Shown here: one piece after another, positions 1 through 12,796 of the stretch
Layout of the letters: each line of letters begins with the position of its first letter
Numbering within the stretch: the stretch's first letter is position 1
The notes under the pieces: model-generated
The model's input: the letters and a program-made list of their open reading frames with translations, nothing else
The model's database searches: none
Told to the model about the DNA's origin: nothing
From: Balanoglossus misakiensis
Taxonomy: Eukaryota; Animalia; Hemichordata
Reading direction: 5' to 3'
Length of the DNA: 64,000 nucleotides
Assembly (NCBI GenBank): GCA_040954595.2
Contig: CM082597.2
Coordinates: 1,222,886-1,286,885 of the forward strand
Position numbers and translations under genes: made by a program

Positions 1-90
1 AAGATTTTATCTCGACAACATTAAGGCTGCCATTCGTACTTGCTAATAGTACGATGCAATCTGCTGCTTTCTAAGTCTCCTCAGAAGATG
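1..90 (-). other. Candidate internal exon (5'UTR or lncRNA) running off the left edge of the window
   Basis: - strand acceptor TACTTGCTCTTCTTATACAG at 91-110. Stops occur in all three frames, and it holds a short ORF (MAALMLSR*). Confidence 0.4.
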
Positions 91-824
91 CTGTATAAGA
101 AGAGCAAGTAGCATTTCACAGTATGGACAATTTAGTGTGTTTTCCAGTACTGTGTCTAAAAAAATTCATAGGCAGGGTAGAAAAATCTGTTTCAATACAA
201 AAATTAGCATACATGAATTTCTAAGTTATCTGTTGATGGGAAACTTCTGAAGACAAATAAAAGGAAACAGCTAAAGCCGAATTCAGGATCCAAGTTTGTG
301 CGAGTGTTGTGTATCACTGATATAAGGCTGTCATTCTGTATTGCGAAGGCCAAATCTCGTGCAGTATCAGATCAACCGCTTGGGGACCAGGTGTTCAGGG
401 CTAGGTCAGCTAAACACTCACTGTCATCCAAGCTCTATTCAAACACACACTTCAGTCGAGTGAACTTATCCACAAAGGTTATTTACATAGGAATGGAACC
501 TCTCAACCCCAATGCATTCATTACCGTACTCTAATCCTGCCGATTTCTGCTTACGGGACATTCCATTTATATGGAAATAGGGAGGTAAGGCTTACAAATT
601 GATTTGTGTTCAAGATCGGTTCACATTCGTTCTACATTATACTTCCTTTTCAGAAATGAACGGAATCTGTGATTTACAAAAAGAGAAATGAAAATAAATT
701 CTTTATCGTCTTTTATAAAATTCTACTGTGAAAACACATTACCATGACAATTTTCTAGATACCACTACACTAAATTGTATGTAAGCTAACATCTGAATGA
801 ATTATATAGACCTACTGTAATTAC

Positions 825-883
825 CTGCAATACAGATTTGCTGTTTTCAGCCTAAAATTTTGCCGTCTCTTATCCCTTAAGTC
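825..883 (-). other. Candidate 59-nt internal exon
   Basis: - strand acceptor GCTTGTTCCTCCTCAACAG and donor CAG|GTAATT. Confidence 0.35.
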
Positions 884-1681
884 CTGTTGAGGAGGAACAA
901 GCTATCTGTGAATATCCACAGATCCCAAATGACGTCATTATTTCTGATAAATGTTGAAAATGAGTCTGAAAAATTCAGATAAATGGAGCACACTGAAAGT
1001 TGAATCGTGATACATGGTGCAAAAGCTGAGCCTGTCTCTATGAGCATCAACGGTGGAGATGAGATTCAGAGACTCGGGTCATATGTGCCATTTGTCACAC
1101 ATACCATTTGCCAAAATGATTTGCATGAATTCCAAACTTGCAAAAGTGGTGTTGTGTGTTAAGATGTGGAGAGAAACTCGCTCTCAACAGCAGCTGCACT
1201 GAAACCGAGTTTCCTCTGCACTTTAAAACGCAATTTCAAAAACGACTCTCCGAAACACTGCGGCAAATGTCCTTTCCTCCCAAGAGACACGAGTATTCCA
1301 CGAACACAAAAACTCACGATCAAATTAAATTTACCATTCATGTGCCTGAGTGAAGCCCTTAGAAATCTAGTACCAGCTTGTCTGGGTGGATATCGCAAAT
1401 AATAAGAACTTCTTCAGCAGGACAACATTCATAAAGCCTATACCCCCTCTGGTGGTTTCTCTACGGTTGACTGCAAGCAAGCAACTTCTCATCTTCTTAA
1501 GATGCAAGATTCCACAAGTTGCCCTACAGTCATAATCTACTGGAGGATGGTTCCAGCTTTTGCTTTGAGACAAGAATATTAACAATGTTCGCTCACCAAC
1601 TACACTTCAAGATAATCTGAAAGAATTTCTGAATTAATTATGAGATTTTACTTTGTGGCTATTTTTCCCTTCATGCATTAA

Positions 1682-1765
1682 GCCTTTCACCACCATGGTT
1701 CACTCCAACCCCATTCTTTTCTATGGAAAGCTGGACCTCTAAAGATGGAACTCGGGTTCACAGCT
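1682..1765 (+). mobile_element. Diverged copy of the 85-bp piggyBac-like (TTAA) MITE
   Basis: Begins TTAA-GCCTTTCACCACCATGGTT...TTTTCTATGGAAAGCTGGACCTC and aligns with the intact copy at 53706-53790. The right TIR is decayed. Confidence 0.7.
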
Positions 1766-1767
1766 TA

Positions 1768-1993
1768 CTGATTGGTTTTTGTGTTCTTCATACTCAACAA
1801 ACTTCTGGAGAGTATCAGTGCCCTCTATTGGCTAGTTGAGGAAACGTCAAAAAAAATATTCATTGACAGAAAATTATTCAATGCTGATTGGTCGTTTTGA
1901 GATATTGCAATCCAAAACTGAAAAAAGCTTTTGTTGATTGGTTTTCTGAGTGTCATGACCAAAAACTGTCAATAAAAAATCTGCACCTGATTG
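1768..1993. repeat. Decayed ~55-bp periodic array, each unit carrying a (G/T)ATTGG (CCAAT) box
   Basis: CTGATTGG/CTATTGG/CTGATTGG/TTGATTGG/CTGATTGA at ~1768, 1824, 1884, 1934 and 1987. Similarity continues downstream (TTTTGAG...CAAAACTG...AAAAAA). Confidence 0.5.
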
Positions 1994-2356
1994 AAGGCGG
2001 TCACATCACAACACAGACATCTTAATGATATCAACACTGTTTCCTGCACAAATCCCTATGCACTACAAGTAACACTCTTAATTCAATCAAAGGTATGATG
2101 ACACTCCTCAGAATGCCATCTTCTATCTTGACTGCCATCTTCCCGTCATCTTGCCTCATCAGTTGCCACGGTGACCCATTATCTTGCCCATCGTCTGTGC
2201 ACGTCACAACATACTGAGACAGGTACTTTTCTGATAATGCATCTTCTAGAGGAATCTGTCCCATGGCAGGACTGCAACTTAGTGACATCTTCAGTTTGAA
2301 AGCAATACATCAATCCTCGTTGTTCTGCAAGGCCAACTTGCCTGAATATTCATGTA

Positions 2357-2447
2357 CATTCAAACCTGAGTTAGTGGCCACCTCTATATAGTGGCCACTT
2401 TGTTACACTCCCTGTGCAATTGTACATTAATTGACCAGTCTATAAAT
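2357..2447 (+). mobile_element. Left-end fragment of a Tc1/mariner(pogo)-like MITE
   Basis: TA-CATTCAAACCTG start resembles the CAGT(A/C)AAACCTG TIR of the copies at 54072 and 59661. It has an internal direct repeat TAGTGGCCAC x2. No right TIR found. Confidence 0.35.
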
Positions 2448-5400
2448 GCCATTTAAGGAAAGAATAATGAATCTGCTAAAACAAAGATATCTTTCAAAAA
2501 AGGGTGCCTGGTCCACAATATATTGATCAGTGCAAGTGATTTTTGAACCTGCAATAATCTTCTTTCATTTCCTTTCAATAGATTTCGAGATATACCTGGG
2601 TAATGTGGTCAGAGGATTACAAATTCCACCAGAGAAACATGTCTTCAGCATGGAAAGTTTTCAATTAATCCTTCGCCAAATCAAAGACAGGTTTATGCAA
2701 ATAATGAGTGATTGATACATGGAGGAATGAACACCAACAATGTACGGAAAACTCCGGAATAAATGTCTCCAGCTAATGAGTTTTCCATGTATTCTTAAGG
2801 ATCAAGCTTCCCAACTATTCGCAACTCCTGGTAAAGACCTTTTATCTTTAAGACTTAAAATCTGATTTTCTCTGCTCAGTTGACCGTTTTGGCCATTTCC
2901 TATTTGTAGCACTTTTAAAGTTGGCAAACTGCACCGGTAATGACTTTTAATCTATGTAAGTGCCCTGTATTGATTTTACAATAAATGTGTTTTTCTGTCA
3001 GGCCTGTACAATCCATTAACCTAAGAACATTCACTTCCAAGGGTATGGCCAATTTGGTGTTGTCGAGGGGTGGGGAGAAAAAGTCAAGAAATTTTCGGCA
3101 CGTTGAAAAGATGATCCCTTACAACTTGGAAAATGAATGAAAAATACATCTGAATAACATTAATGAGTATGCACATTTGGGTGAAAAATTATCAACAAAC
3201 TATGTATATGAATGATGATGGCCATATGAATTCTTAAACTGATGCTATTGTTGTGTGGAATTAAGCAACAAATACTGGACATCTAGTTACCTCTCCTTTA
3301 GATATGTTATGGGCTTTCCCTAATCCTGCCGCGATAATGGTCAGTGTATCATTAGCTAGGCATGGAAAGCATACTTATACATTAACCAGAATAGGAAAGG
3401 TACGCCCTGCACCATTAAGATCTGACGTCAAGCAGATATGACTCTCTCCGAGTTGGCAAGCAAGATGACGTCTGGATTCTTGAAAATCTATGATACGAGA
3501 TCTGAAGTTTCAATAAGTCTGCGTTTTGAGGGGAGCGGGCATGAAGATTAAACTTTACAAAGGCCATGGAAAGTCAGCCCGCAATGGGATCTGATAAAGC
3601 ACATATGGAAGAACCATCATAATAGAATTTAAAACATTACATATACTGATATACTCTTACCCATTTTACAACACATGAAAACTCCACAAAACCCTAATTT
3701 ATGAATCATAATGAACATGAAACACCATACATTTGTGGTGAAGATCAATAACAAACGAAGATCAAAAGAAAAAAATGTTTTCCATCCCACACAATAGTTT
3801 CTACTTGCAGAACACACACATACACAGCACGATCTTTGAACTATCTGTTACAACCACTTCAATTAATCCAACTAACATCACTACCACAATCATTCATCAA
3901 TTTCCACCTACCTATTTGCTTCTTTCAAACTGAAGTGCTTCAAAGATAATTCACATGAACATCAGGGGAACTGGAAGTTCTGAAAGAAAACCAAAGAAAG
4001 AGATGCACGTCAGTCTAACATTCATTTTATATTAACTTTCTATTAACAACACCCATACTTCAACTTCTTACTTACCCAAGAAGTAAACTTACTCAGCAAC
4101 ATAATTAATTATACAACCATACCATCAGAGGACAACCTCACCCTCAAGATGTCCAAAGAACAGTGGTGCTTTGAACCAAGTTTTACTTGGGACTCTATAC
4201 CTTGTGGCAATCATCAAACCACTCAGAAAGAAGCAGACACTGGGGAATATTATAATTGCCACAGAGCAAAATATTTTCCATCATTTGCATTTCTGGCAGA
4301 TAGCTAAAATGCCTGCCTGGAACAACCAAAGCAATCTATCATTCACAGGATACAGGGATATCAAATACACCATGTTGCTCTTGGTGATAAAGTTGCAATA
4401 TTACAAATATTTAGATTCCGCATGGTGTACAACTTGAAAGGCTATATATTAGTCATTGTTGTTTTTAGAGTATGGATGACTGACACCTAGCGATGAGTGA
4501 AATCAATGCAAGGTTATTTCTAAGGCTGTTTTTGTTGTAGATGGTAGATGACCAATACGGGGCAGATGGCACATGTACCTTCTGGGCAGAATGCCTTCAG
4601 AATCGCCTAAATACAATACAAACTTAGAAAACTTAGATTCTTTTGTTTAATATTCAGTGTTTGAGTTATTGTACTTACACTCTCAAGGGAACTTACTGTT
4701 GATTCTGTAGAGCTGAATCAATACGAGGCAAAAATCTTTCAGTACGTCTGCAACTGTTTTCTCAGGAGAATTAAACACTTTGTGTGGCTAAAGTACAAAT
4801 GATTATGATTACAACCAATTTGAATTTTGATACTGTGTTGAAAATGAGTAATTTTATCCTCTTCAGAGACGGAACATTTTTGGAAGATTAATTTCACTCA
4901 ACCAGAAATTCTCACTTTTCAATAACTTTTCAAAGGGTATTAAGTTTCTGAGGGAGAACTGTGTGTATGAATGGAATGTTTCCAGAATTGTGTTTCCAAG
5001 TCTGCATTGTTTTAATTGACAGAAAAGTTTGGCTCCTTTATCTTCAAAGAAACATAATCTACTCCAAATAAGTACTACTATTGTGAAACACAAAGACAAG
5101 AGTATCATGTGCCGGAAAAATCTTCATATCTAACGGCGACAGTAACCATGGGACTCTCCTTAAACATGATAACCAGGGCTTCTCCCCTTAAGTACTTCCC
5201 TTGTAACATTTACATTTGTGTACACAGAAACAGTAGAAGGGCTATCCTCTATTGCACTGAGATGGCGACCTCTGACCCTAGATAGCATGATCCAAGAGCG
5301 CCGTTTGCAAATAACTATAACCGCACTCGGATCAACAGATCCACATTCCGGGGTACAATCAGAGCAGGCATGCTGGTTTTTCTGTCAGCTCCCATGCCCT

Positions 5401-7164
5401 GGTATCCGGACCACAATCAAAAACAGGCAACATTTGGGCTTTTGGGTAATTTTAACCAAATGTTCCCAATCTACTCAGAAGCAGACATAGCCACTTTCTT
5501 GGTGGACAGACACACTTTTTAAATTACAAATCAAGCATTTATTTACCCAGGTTCTATGACACTGACATATCAGTAGTTCACTGAGATCTAAATATACAAG
5601 AATCTGTTGATCTAACACTCCTGTTGTTTACTTTAACATCTAAAAGTGTCCATCTGCCATGCAAGATTCTTTCCGGTCATTCAAAAATTACCCTTTTACA
5701 CTTATAAACTTTTATAGCAGTTCAAAAGTGAAAATAAATCAATCCAATCTGTTGCGACACTCCCCTGCACTGCGTTACGATTATTTCAGATGATTTTTTT
5801 GTGTACATCAGTGTAAATGAACCACAGGCATGCCATTACACCAAGTTTATACCAGACAATTTAAGTGTATATTAAACAATAATCAAATCATCATCTCCCA
5901 GAAATACCTGTCAATGTCTATAAAACTGTATACTCTAAAGTTGTCATCTTGCAAATGCTTCTGTGTAATCATTCATCTAACCGTTTTGACACTGGTTTCT
6001 ACTTTTTGTTAAACTAGCTCTCAGAGTTGAGTTAACTGAGACAACACCCATAGAATGCAGCAAAACCGACAATTTTCTTGTCAAACATTTATGAGGAAGA
6101 ACCCTGGTGGTCTTGGGTCAATGAAATCTCCTTTGTTCCTAATTCTCTGTCTTGCGCTTTGAAATGTGCGTGCTTTCTCACATTACTCTCTCTGGCAGTG
6201 CATCTGTCATGCCATCAATCATGAAATTCAGAGCTCAATACTTGAAAGTTGTTTACGCAGAACAATGGTAGAATACCAGACATTTTGAAAGTTAGAAAAC
6301 CATGCACTCACAGCTGACAGGAATTCCCGATCGACACCGGTGAAAAACAACTTACTGCAACAACAGAGAGTCATTTAAGTCTTGCTTGTTGCGTAACATG
6401 GTCCGATTTGCACAAACTGTAAACAGGGCCATCATTTTCTGTCACCCTAAACTGTCCCCAAAAGAACTTTTAAGGTACCATTAAAACAAGGTCATTCTTG
6501 AAGTTTGGAAATAAATGTCATTTTTGCGACGTTTGAAGAATTTGAAGTCACCAGCTGTTCGCACTAATTGTGACACAAACTATTCATTTAATTCAATCGC
6601 AAGAAAGCATGTCAGTGACATCTAAACAGCTCAGTCTCTTGACACAGCGCAGATGAAACAATCCGTCGAGATGGCCTTTCTTTTTCCCTTTCAATCATTT
6701 CAATTGGCTATTGATCTGCTACTATTGGCATCTACACCAATAAAATCAAACGAGACAAGAGAGACCAGATGGATCTTTAGAGAATGGTTGTGTTTAGAGC
6801 ACCTTTGGGAGAATACGTTCATCCACTCCATCAAATTATATTACATCTCTGTCTGGGCAGCAAAGTTAGGTGAATTGTTGTCTATTTGACAAATGGTTTG
6901 TGTCCACACAGAGAATTGGAATTCCTACAAACAATTGCAGACTTACAGTCAGCACTGACTACTGTACTTGACAATGGACGCCTAACAATCCAAAATCCGT
7001 CTGCAACTTGAATTTATGGGAAGTCTAATCTTTCTGTTAAAACGAGCAACTTTGAGATCCATGAAACGAAATGAACCAAGAATGACCTGACTTTGACTAA
7101 AATTGTTGAGAAACTTCATACAGAATAGTCATATCAAATACAGGAATATGCTTATTATGCTTAC

Positions 7165-7316
7165 CAAGTAAATCTGACGCTGATATCCAGACCATCAAGT
7201 TCACTGAGGTTTGTTAATTAAATTGCAGATCTTTCTAGGACAAGCAACTAAATGTTTCTGATGCTCTGGCGATGAAACTGTTAATGAATTCACAAAGTTT
7301 TGATGTGTCAGCCACT
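7165..7316 (-). other. Candidate alternative first exon
   Basis: Initiator-like TTCAGT (+1 ~7316) and donor TTG|GTAAGC at 7164. ATG at 7195 gives MVWISASDLL (phase 1). A CCAAT cluster lies immediately upstream. Confidence 0.5.
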
Positions 7317-7329
7317 GAAAATTAGTGTC

Positions 7330-7465
7330 ATATGATTGGCTTTGCATACTATTATATTGTACGCCAATACGAGCTTTACTAGAGGCCGCTTCATTTGCAT
7401 AAAAAACTTCACAGCCAATCACATTGTTAAATCACTATTAATTTACAGTTAACAGGCCAATCACA
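7330..7465 (-). promoter_or_regulatory. NF-Y (CCAAT) cluster plus octamer, promoter-like
   Basis: ATTGG at 7335, CCAAT at 7364, 7415 and 7457, and octamer ATTTGCAT at 7393-7400. Confidence 0.55.
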
Positions 7466-9087
7466 AATCTTCTGATCATTCTAGTTTTCCCCAAGTGATT
7501 ACACCCACGAAGAATTGTTTGCCTATTCCTTCGAATCATGGGTAAATCCAGGCAGCTATTCGCCAAGAGATTGCTAGAATGAAGCTGGGATCGTGAACAA
7601 GTCTCCATGGACAGTTTGACAAAACCGTTTACAAGTCTCGATGGCACATACAGGTTACAGTTCAAGTACTGCTCAGCGCTTGTGTAAGCAAAGCAACCCA
7701 CCGCAGTTATTTCATGCAGTCTGTAGTTTCTGCTACCTCATGCACATCAACACTCTTTCTCTCTTGAATACGTTCTTTTCATCTTTCCTATTCTTTATTT
7801 GTTGTTTTATCTACAGACTCATCCAACCAAAAGTCAACAAACAAGGATCCTGAACAAATGATAGGCTTTTGCACTGAAATACTACGTGACATGAAGATCA
7901 AAGAAGACAAAACTTTTAGCAGGAAGTTTTAACTTTCCAACAGAAATAAATCTTACCAGTGACATGTAACACAGATTCTACATTATTTTAATTTTAATGT
8001 AAGCACTCCTGTGTGGCAAATATTTAGACTGATGGCAAAATCTGTGAGCACATTGATAACTAAATCTTTAGACTTCGTCGGAAAAAGACCAAAACATTTA
8101 TAAATTTATAAGCGTGGGTTTCCTCCAGAATCAGCAGATGCAGCCAAAGATATCACATTATGGAATATTTTTGACCAAAGTCCCTCAACAGAAATAGATT
8201 ATCATTGAAATTCATACAAACATTTATTCCGCTTGTCATGTTGGATGTAAACTCCACTGGGTTGTTCAAATAAGCAACTTCCATACAAGACACATGAATT
8301 ATTGGATACTTAGCATTTAGTTTATACTTTTTTGGAAGTTTAACTTGTTTCCTTCCTCGTCAGATTTACAATTCTATGTTTGGTCTTCCGGTGGGTTACT
8401 AAAGGCCACTTCTTTGTGAGATTTAAAAAAGTACATGTTAATCGACTTAGGAAGGCGTGAACTTCACTAACTTTTTAGACATGATGACAGTTCAGAGAAT
8501 ATTGCCAAATTGGCTCAGAAATCATCTTGTACCTCCCTCTTATCAGAGTGTTGTGGTCCAATTTTATTTGCCACAGTAATGGACCTAGTTCATTTCAGCC
8601 ACAAAACAGGGATGCTAAATTGGGTAACCATGTATTTGAGTGCATTTTGCTTGTATGTATTGCTCGATCATTACATTGCCCGATACTAGATCCCCCTAAG
8701 GTGAAATCAATTTGTGATTATACTTCAACGATCAACGTCAAACACTTTGAGCACGTAGAACGAGTTCTGCTAGCTGTACTCAGGCGTTCTAATAAAAGTC
8801 ACAGCGTAATTGGAATAATTACTCACTGAAGCAGTACATGTTAACATGCACAACCCATACTCACATACCTATTTCCCAAGGCATGCCAGCATTTTCAACA
8901 AGATCAACATACCTACAATTATAATCACCATCATGTCTTCAAAAAGATTTCAGAACCAACACACTGAATTGGCATGATTTTTAGTAAAATATATATTTCA
9001 GAAGGAAAGAAGACAGCTTGAAAGATAGGTTGCATTTGGTAACTTTTATTATGCTCTGCTTAATAGTCCTGTTATATTCAGTGTACG

Positions 9088-9165
9088 GAATCACATATTT
9101 AAAAGTGTGTGCAGAATTACATTTCCAATTCACAGAATCACATATTCAATGAGTGTGCAGAATTT
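9088..9165. repeat. Imperfect tandem duplication, period 47 bp
   Basis: GAATCACATATT...GTGTGCAGAATT at 9088 and 9135. Confidence 0.75.
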
Positions 9166-10436
9166 TATCCACAAACCAAGACAGAGATATCACACACTTC
9201 ACTGCTGACCTGACTTGGGAAGACATAGCAACCATGCATGTGGTCTTTCCCCTTGTTTCATATCCACATATAACAAGTTAAAATGTTTTGAAAAGTTGTC
9301 GTCAGGAACACGAGGTTACAAAATATTTGCAATACAGTACCACCACCAGACTCATCATATACGTCTAGGAATAGAACAGACTTTAAAACATAGCGTTGGT
9401 TTCCCAAAGCAGAATCAGAAATAGAATTATATTTTTAGTTAAACTGTTAACTCATACACTCATACACGTACCTAGGGAAGTTTTCTATCATGGGAATAAG
9501 TAATGATGTCTCCAGACGAGATGAGTAATTAGAGAACTTTAAATAGTTCTCAATTAAATTTCCAACAGGGAAAATGACTGGTAAATCAAAATTGGTTCGT
9601 ATTTATAGTAAGGTTAATCACAATAGTTCAACACTGGAAAATGAACGCTAACTATAGCACAGACTGTGATCTCACCTTATTTTAGTTCTGTAAGATTCAA
9701 TTTGATTCAAACTATTTTTATTCTTTAAGTTTCCATAATGCTTCAAACTGTCTTAGCTCTGTAAGATTACATAGTGCTCCCAACACTTTTAAAAACATTT
9801 TTTACATATATGTGTGATAAATCTCCACACCATGACCCAGTTGTACACATTTAGGGAAACAATTTAGATAGTTTCCATGGTTACTTCCAGGCCAATTTCA
9901 CCATTAAATCGAAACGCAGCCCTCTGTTCACATTTCAAGGTTTTATTTTCCAGAGAGTGTGGACGGAAGAATGTTCACAGTGAGTTGATTGAAAACACTG
10001 AAGGCCAACCGGCAGCTTGTTTTCACGGAGAACATGTGCCGGGATTGATCTACCAGGCTTCTGTCATTCCAGGGTTTCAATGCCGGATTCCTGGCTAAAT
10101 CCCTGGAATGAGAGCCAGCTACTCACTCCGGCAAGTATAACAAACGCGTCACAGGAAAATACATGGAAACTTCACCATAAAACTAAAGTCTCATCGCAGT
10201 GTACAACTAAAGACTGGTCTTCAGAAGGAGACTTTGGCCGGCATCTGATCACCAGCCACTTAACAACACATAAACAGAAACACTTCATTAGTGGACATAT
10301 CCCGCAATTTTATCTCCAGTATATCACCCTTGCCCCGTTAGGCCAAGACGTTGGCCTTACCAACTTGAAAACCAAACAACGGCAACAGCACACTGGTGAA
10401 CTCCTTCGCTCTAAACAACAAATCAAACTTACTCAC

Positions 10437-10529
10437 TTCACCTTGATCCAAAGGTATCAGAAAAAAATACCGCTGTGAGTGTCACTTGCCACTATTTCAA
10501 AACTCCACAACAGATATCACTTCACCACT
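10437..10529 (-). other. Candidate non-coding first exon
   Basis: Donor GAA|GTGAGTAAG at 10436, Inr-like TTCAGT at ~10529, and CCAAT at ~10749 upstream. No ATG. Confidence 0.35.
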
Positions 10530-12331
10530 GAAGAATATTCCTATGATGTTGTGTATACGTTGCCTATTTAGCTCCGAGCACCTACTAGCGTTTATGTGAC
10601 AGCCAACGCTGTTGGCTAGATTTCACAAATTATGATATAAGCGGCCTATCACAGACCACAAGACTGATTGACTGGAGAAGGAGAAACCCAAGACCGGTTG
10701 TCCACATGTGTGTCTAATTTTTTGCAAGCTGATACAACCACAGACGAGCCAATACATCATCCTGGGAGAGCTCCATTAACTCACTCTCTCGATCTGTACA
10801 TGTGTCTTTGCTACCGTATACACTCAACACCAACCAACCAACAACTTATTTCTTTTCTACCGCAATCATTTTTCTTTCAAAGATTAAGTCTCTAGCTTTC
10901 ATACACACGCTACATGCACACATACGTACACACTCCGTTCTTTCTTTCTTACTCAGTCATTAGTTTCATATTTTTAGCAAAGCTTATTAAAGAGTAATCC
11001 CATTCCATCACTTCAATTCAATTCATTCCGAAAATATTCCTTTTCCTAAAACCAGATGTGATTTCAATATTGTCGTCATAACTCACTGCCCTGAGAGCAA
11101 ATTTGTGACCCGGCAAAAATGAGTAACTGTCACCGTTCCCACAGGAAAAAAACCAACAGTATACAAAAGAGCCAATCAGCTAGTCTGTAACAATCTAATT
11201 TGGCAGTATACATCCAATGAGCTCGAGCAACACATGCCAAGTCAGACCATATTTGCAGACGACAGATAAAGCCACCGCTAATGGGTGAGGCAATCCCTCA
11301 ATTAGAAGTAAAAACATCCTAAAGTTCGACCAAGTTGCAAAAAAACTATCAAACGTCACGCAAAGGAGAGTAAACCTTTGGCTGTAATGGCAACATCAAA
11401 TTTTGAAAGTAAACCAAAAATACCCATCTGTACATGCAGAGAACGCACTCCTTGACATCCTCCACTTTATTTAATTTCTATTTAACGACAGGATTCATTA
11501 ATTGCCATGGCGACAGGGGCAGTTGCCCCGGCAACAAATGGACCTAAATGGCAACTGATTGTGAAGGCATTTTAACATCAGCAGTAAAGTGCTTTACAGA
11601 TAGTACTTCTTAACCATCCACAGATGTAACAGTTATGAAAAATCATTCTTCACGATGGCGTGACAACCAAGTAATGTGTACAAACTTTTAACTGTACACT
11701 GACCTCGTTCTTCTGGAAATTATGTATTCATGCCATCATGTCCATCATGCATGTGAAAAATAACCACAGATAACATTTAACAAGAAGTAAGGGCAATATG
11801 AGCTATTTATCAAATATTTATCATTGACAGTTTATAACATAAGAAGCAAAATTAATATTTCTGGGTTTTTCCAGAAGCTGATATATTTTCCCTGACTTGA
11901 CAAACTTTCCAGGACTAAATGACTTTGGCAGACAGAATGAATGGAGTAGATTTGCGTTCCCACGGAAGCGCCAAATCAAGACATTTCAGAAAGCCATTAC
12001 GAGGAACACAGCAAAATCGGCAGACACTCAAACCAAAGAGGAGTGCTTCTACTTCTGAATCACAGTTCTGATGGCGGCCGACTGAAGTGGTTGTGTAGCA
12101 ACCACACATCAGTAACAAAACCAACACACATGCAAGTCCTGGAGGCCGACTCGATAGTAAAAAATTTACAGAGTTGTGAGTGGGTCTGATAAGAGAGTTG
12201 GTTTAACCCTGTAACCCTACTTCTGTCTGTGTGTGACTGGAACTATCATGTATTTCAGTTAGACCATCATCCTCAGATTCATTAAAGGGGAAGTGTTGTC
12301 TGAACTGCACATGTGCAACTTTTTGGTTTAT

Positions 12332-12796
12332 AATGATGTACATTGTAGCAGTTACACTACAGTGTAATACAAAGTAACAACCACATTGTTTGCAATGATG
12401 TGTATTGTAGCAGTTACACTACTACATTGTAATACAAAGTAACAACCACGTTTGTTTGCAATAGTGTACATTGTAGCAGTTATCATACAGTGTAATACAA
12501 AGTAACAACCATTTTGTTTGCAATGATGTACATTGTAGCAGTTACACTACAGTGTAATACAAAGTAACAACCACATTGTTTGCAATGATGTACATTGTAG
12601 CAGTTACACTACAGTGTAACACAAAGTAACAACCACATTGTTTCAAATGATGTACATTGTAGCAGTTACACTACAGTGTAATACAAAGTAACAACCACAT
12701 TGTTTGCAATGATGTACATTGTAGCTGTTACACTACAGTGTAATACAAAGTAACAACCACATTGTTTGCAATGAAGTACATTGCAGCAGTTACACT
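12332..12796. repeat. 62-bp minisatellite, ~7.5 copies
   Basis: Unit AATGATGTACATTGTAGCAGTTACACTACAGTGTAATACAAAGTAACAACCACATTGTTTGC starts at 12332, 12394, 12460, 12522, 12584, 12646, 12708 and 12770. Confidence 0.97.

Noticed and set aside
12332-12796. CRISPR array with palindromic repeats
   Set aside because: Whole 62-bp units are near-identical, with no variable spacers.
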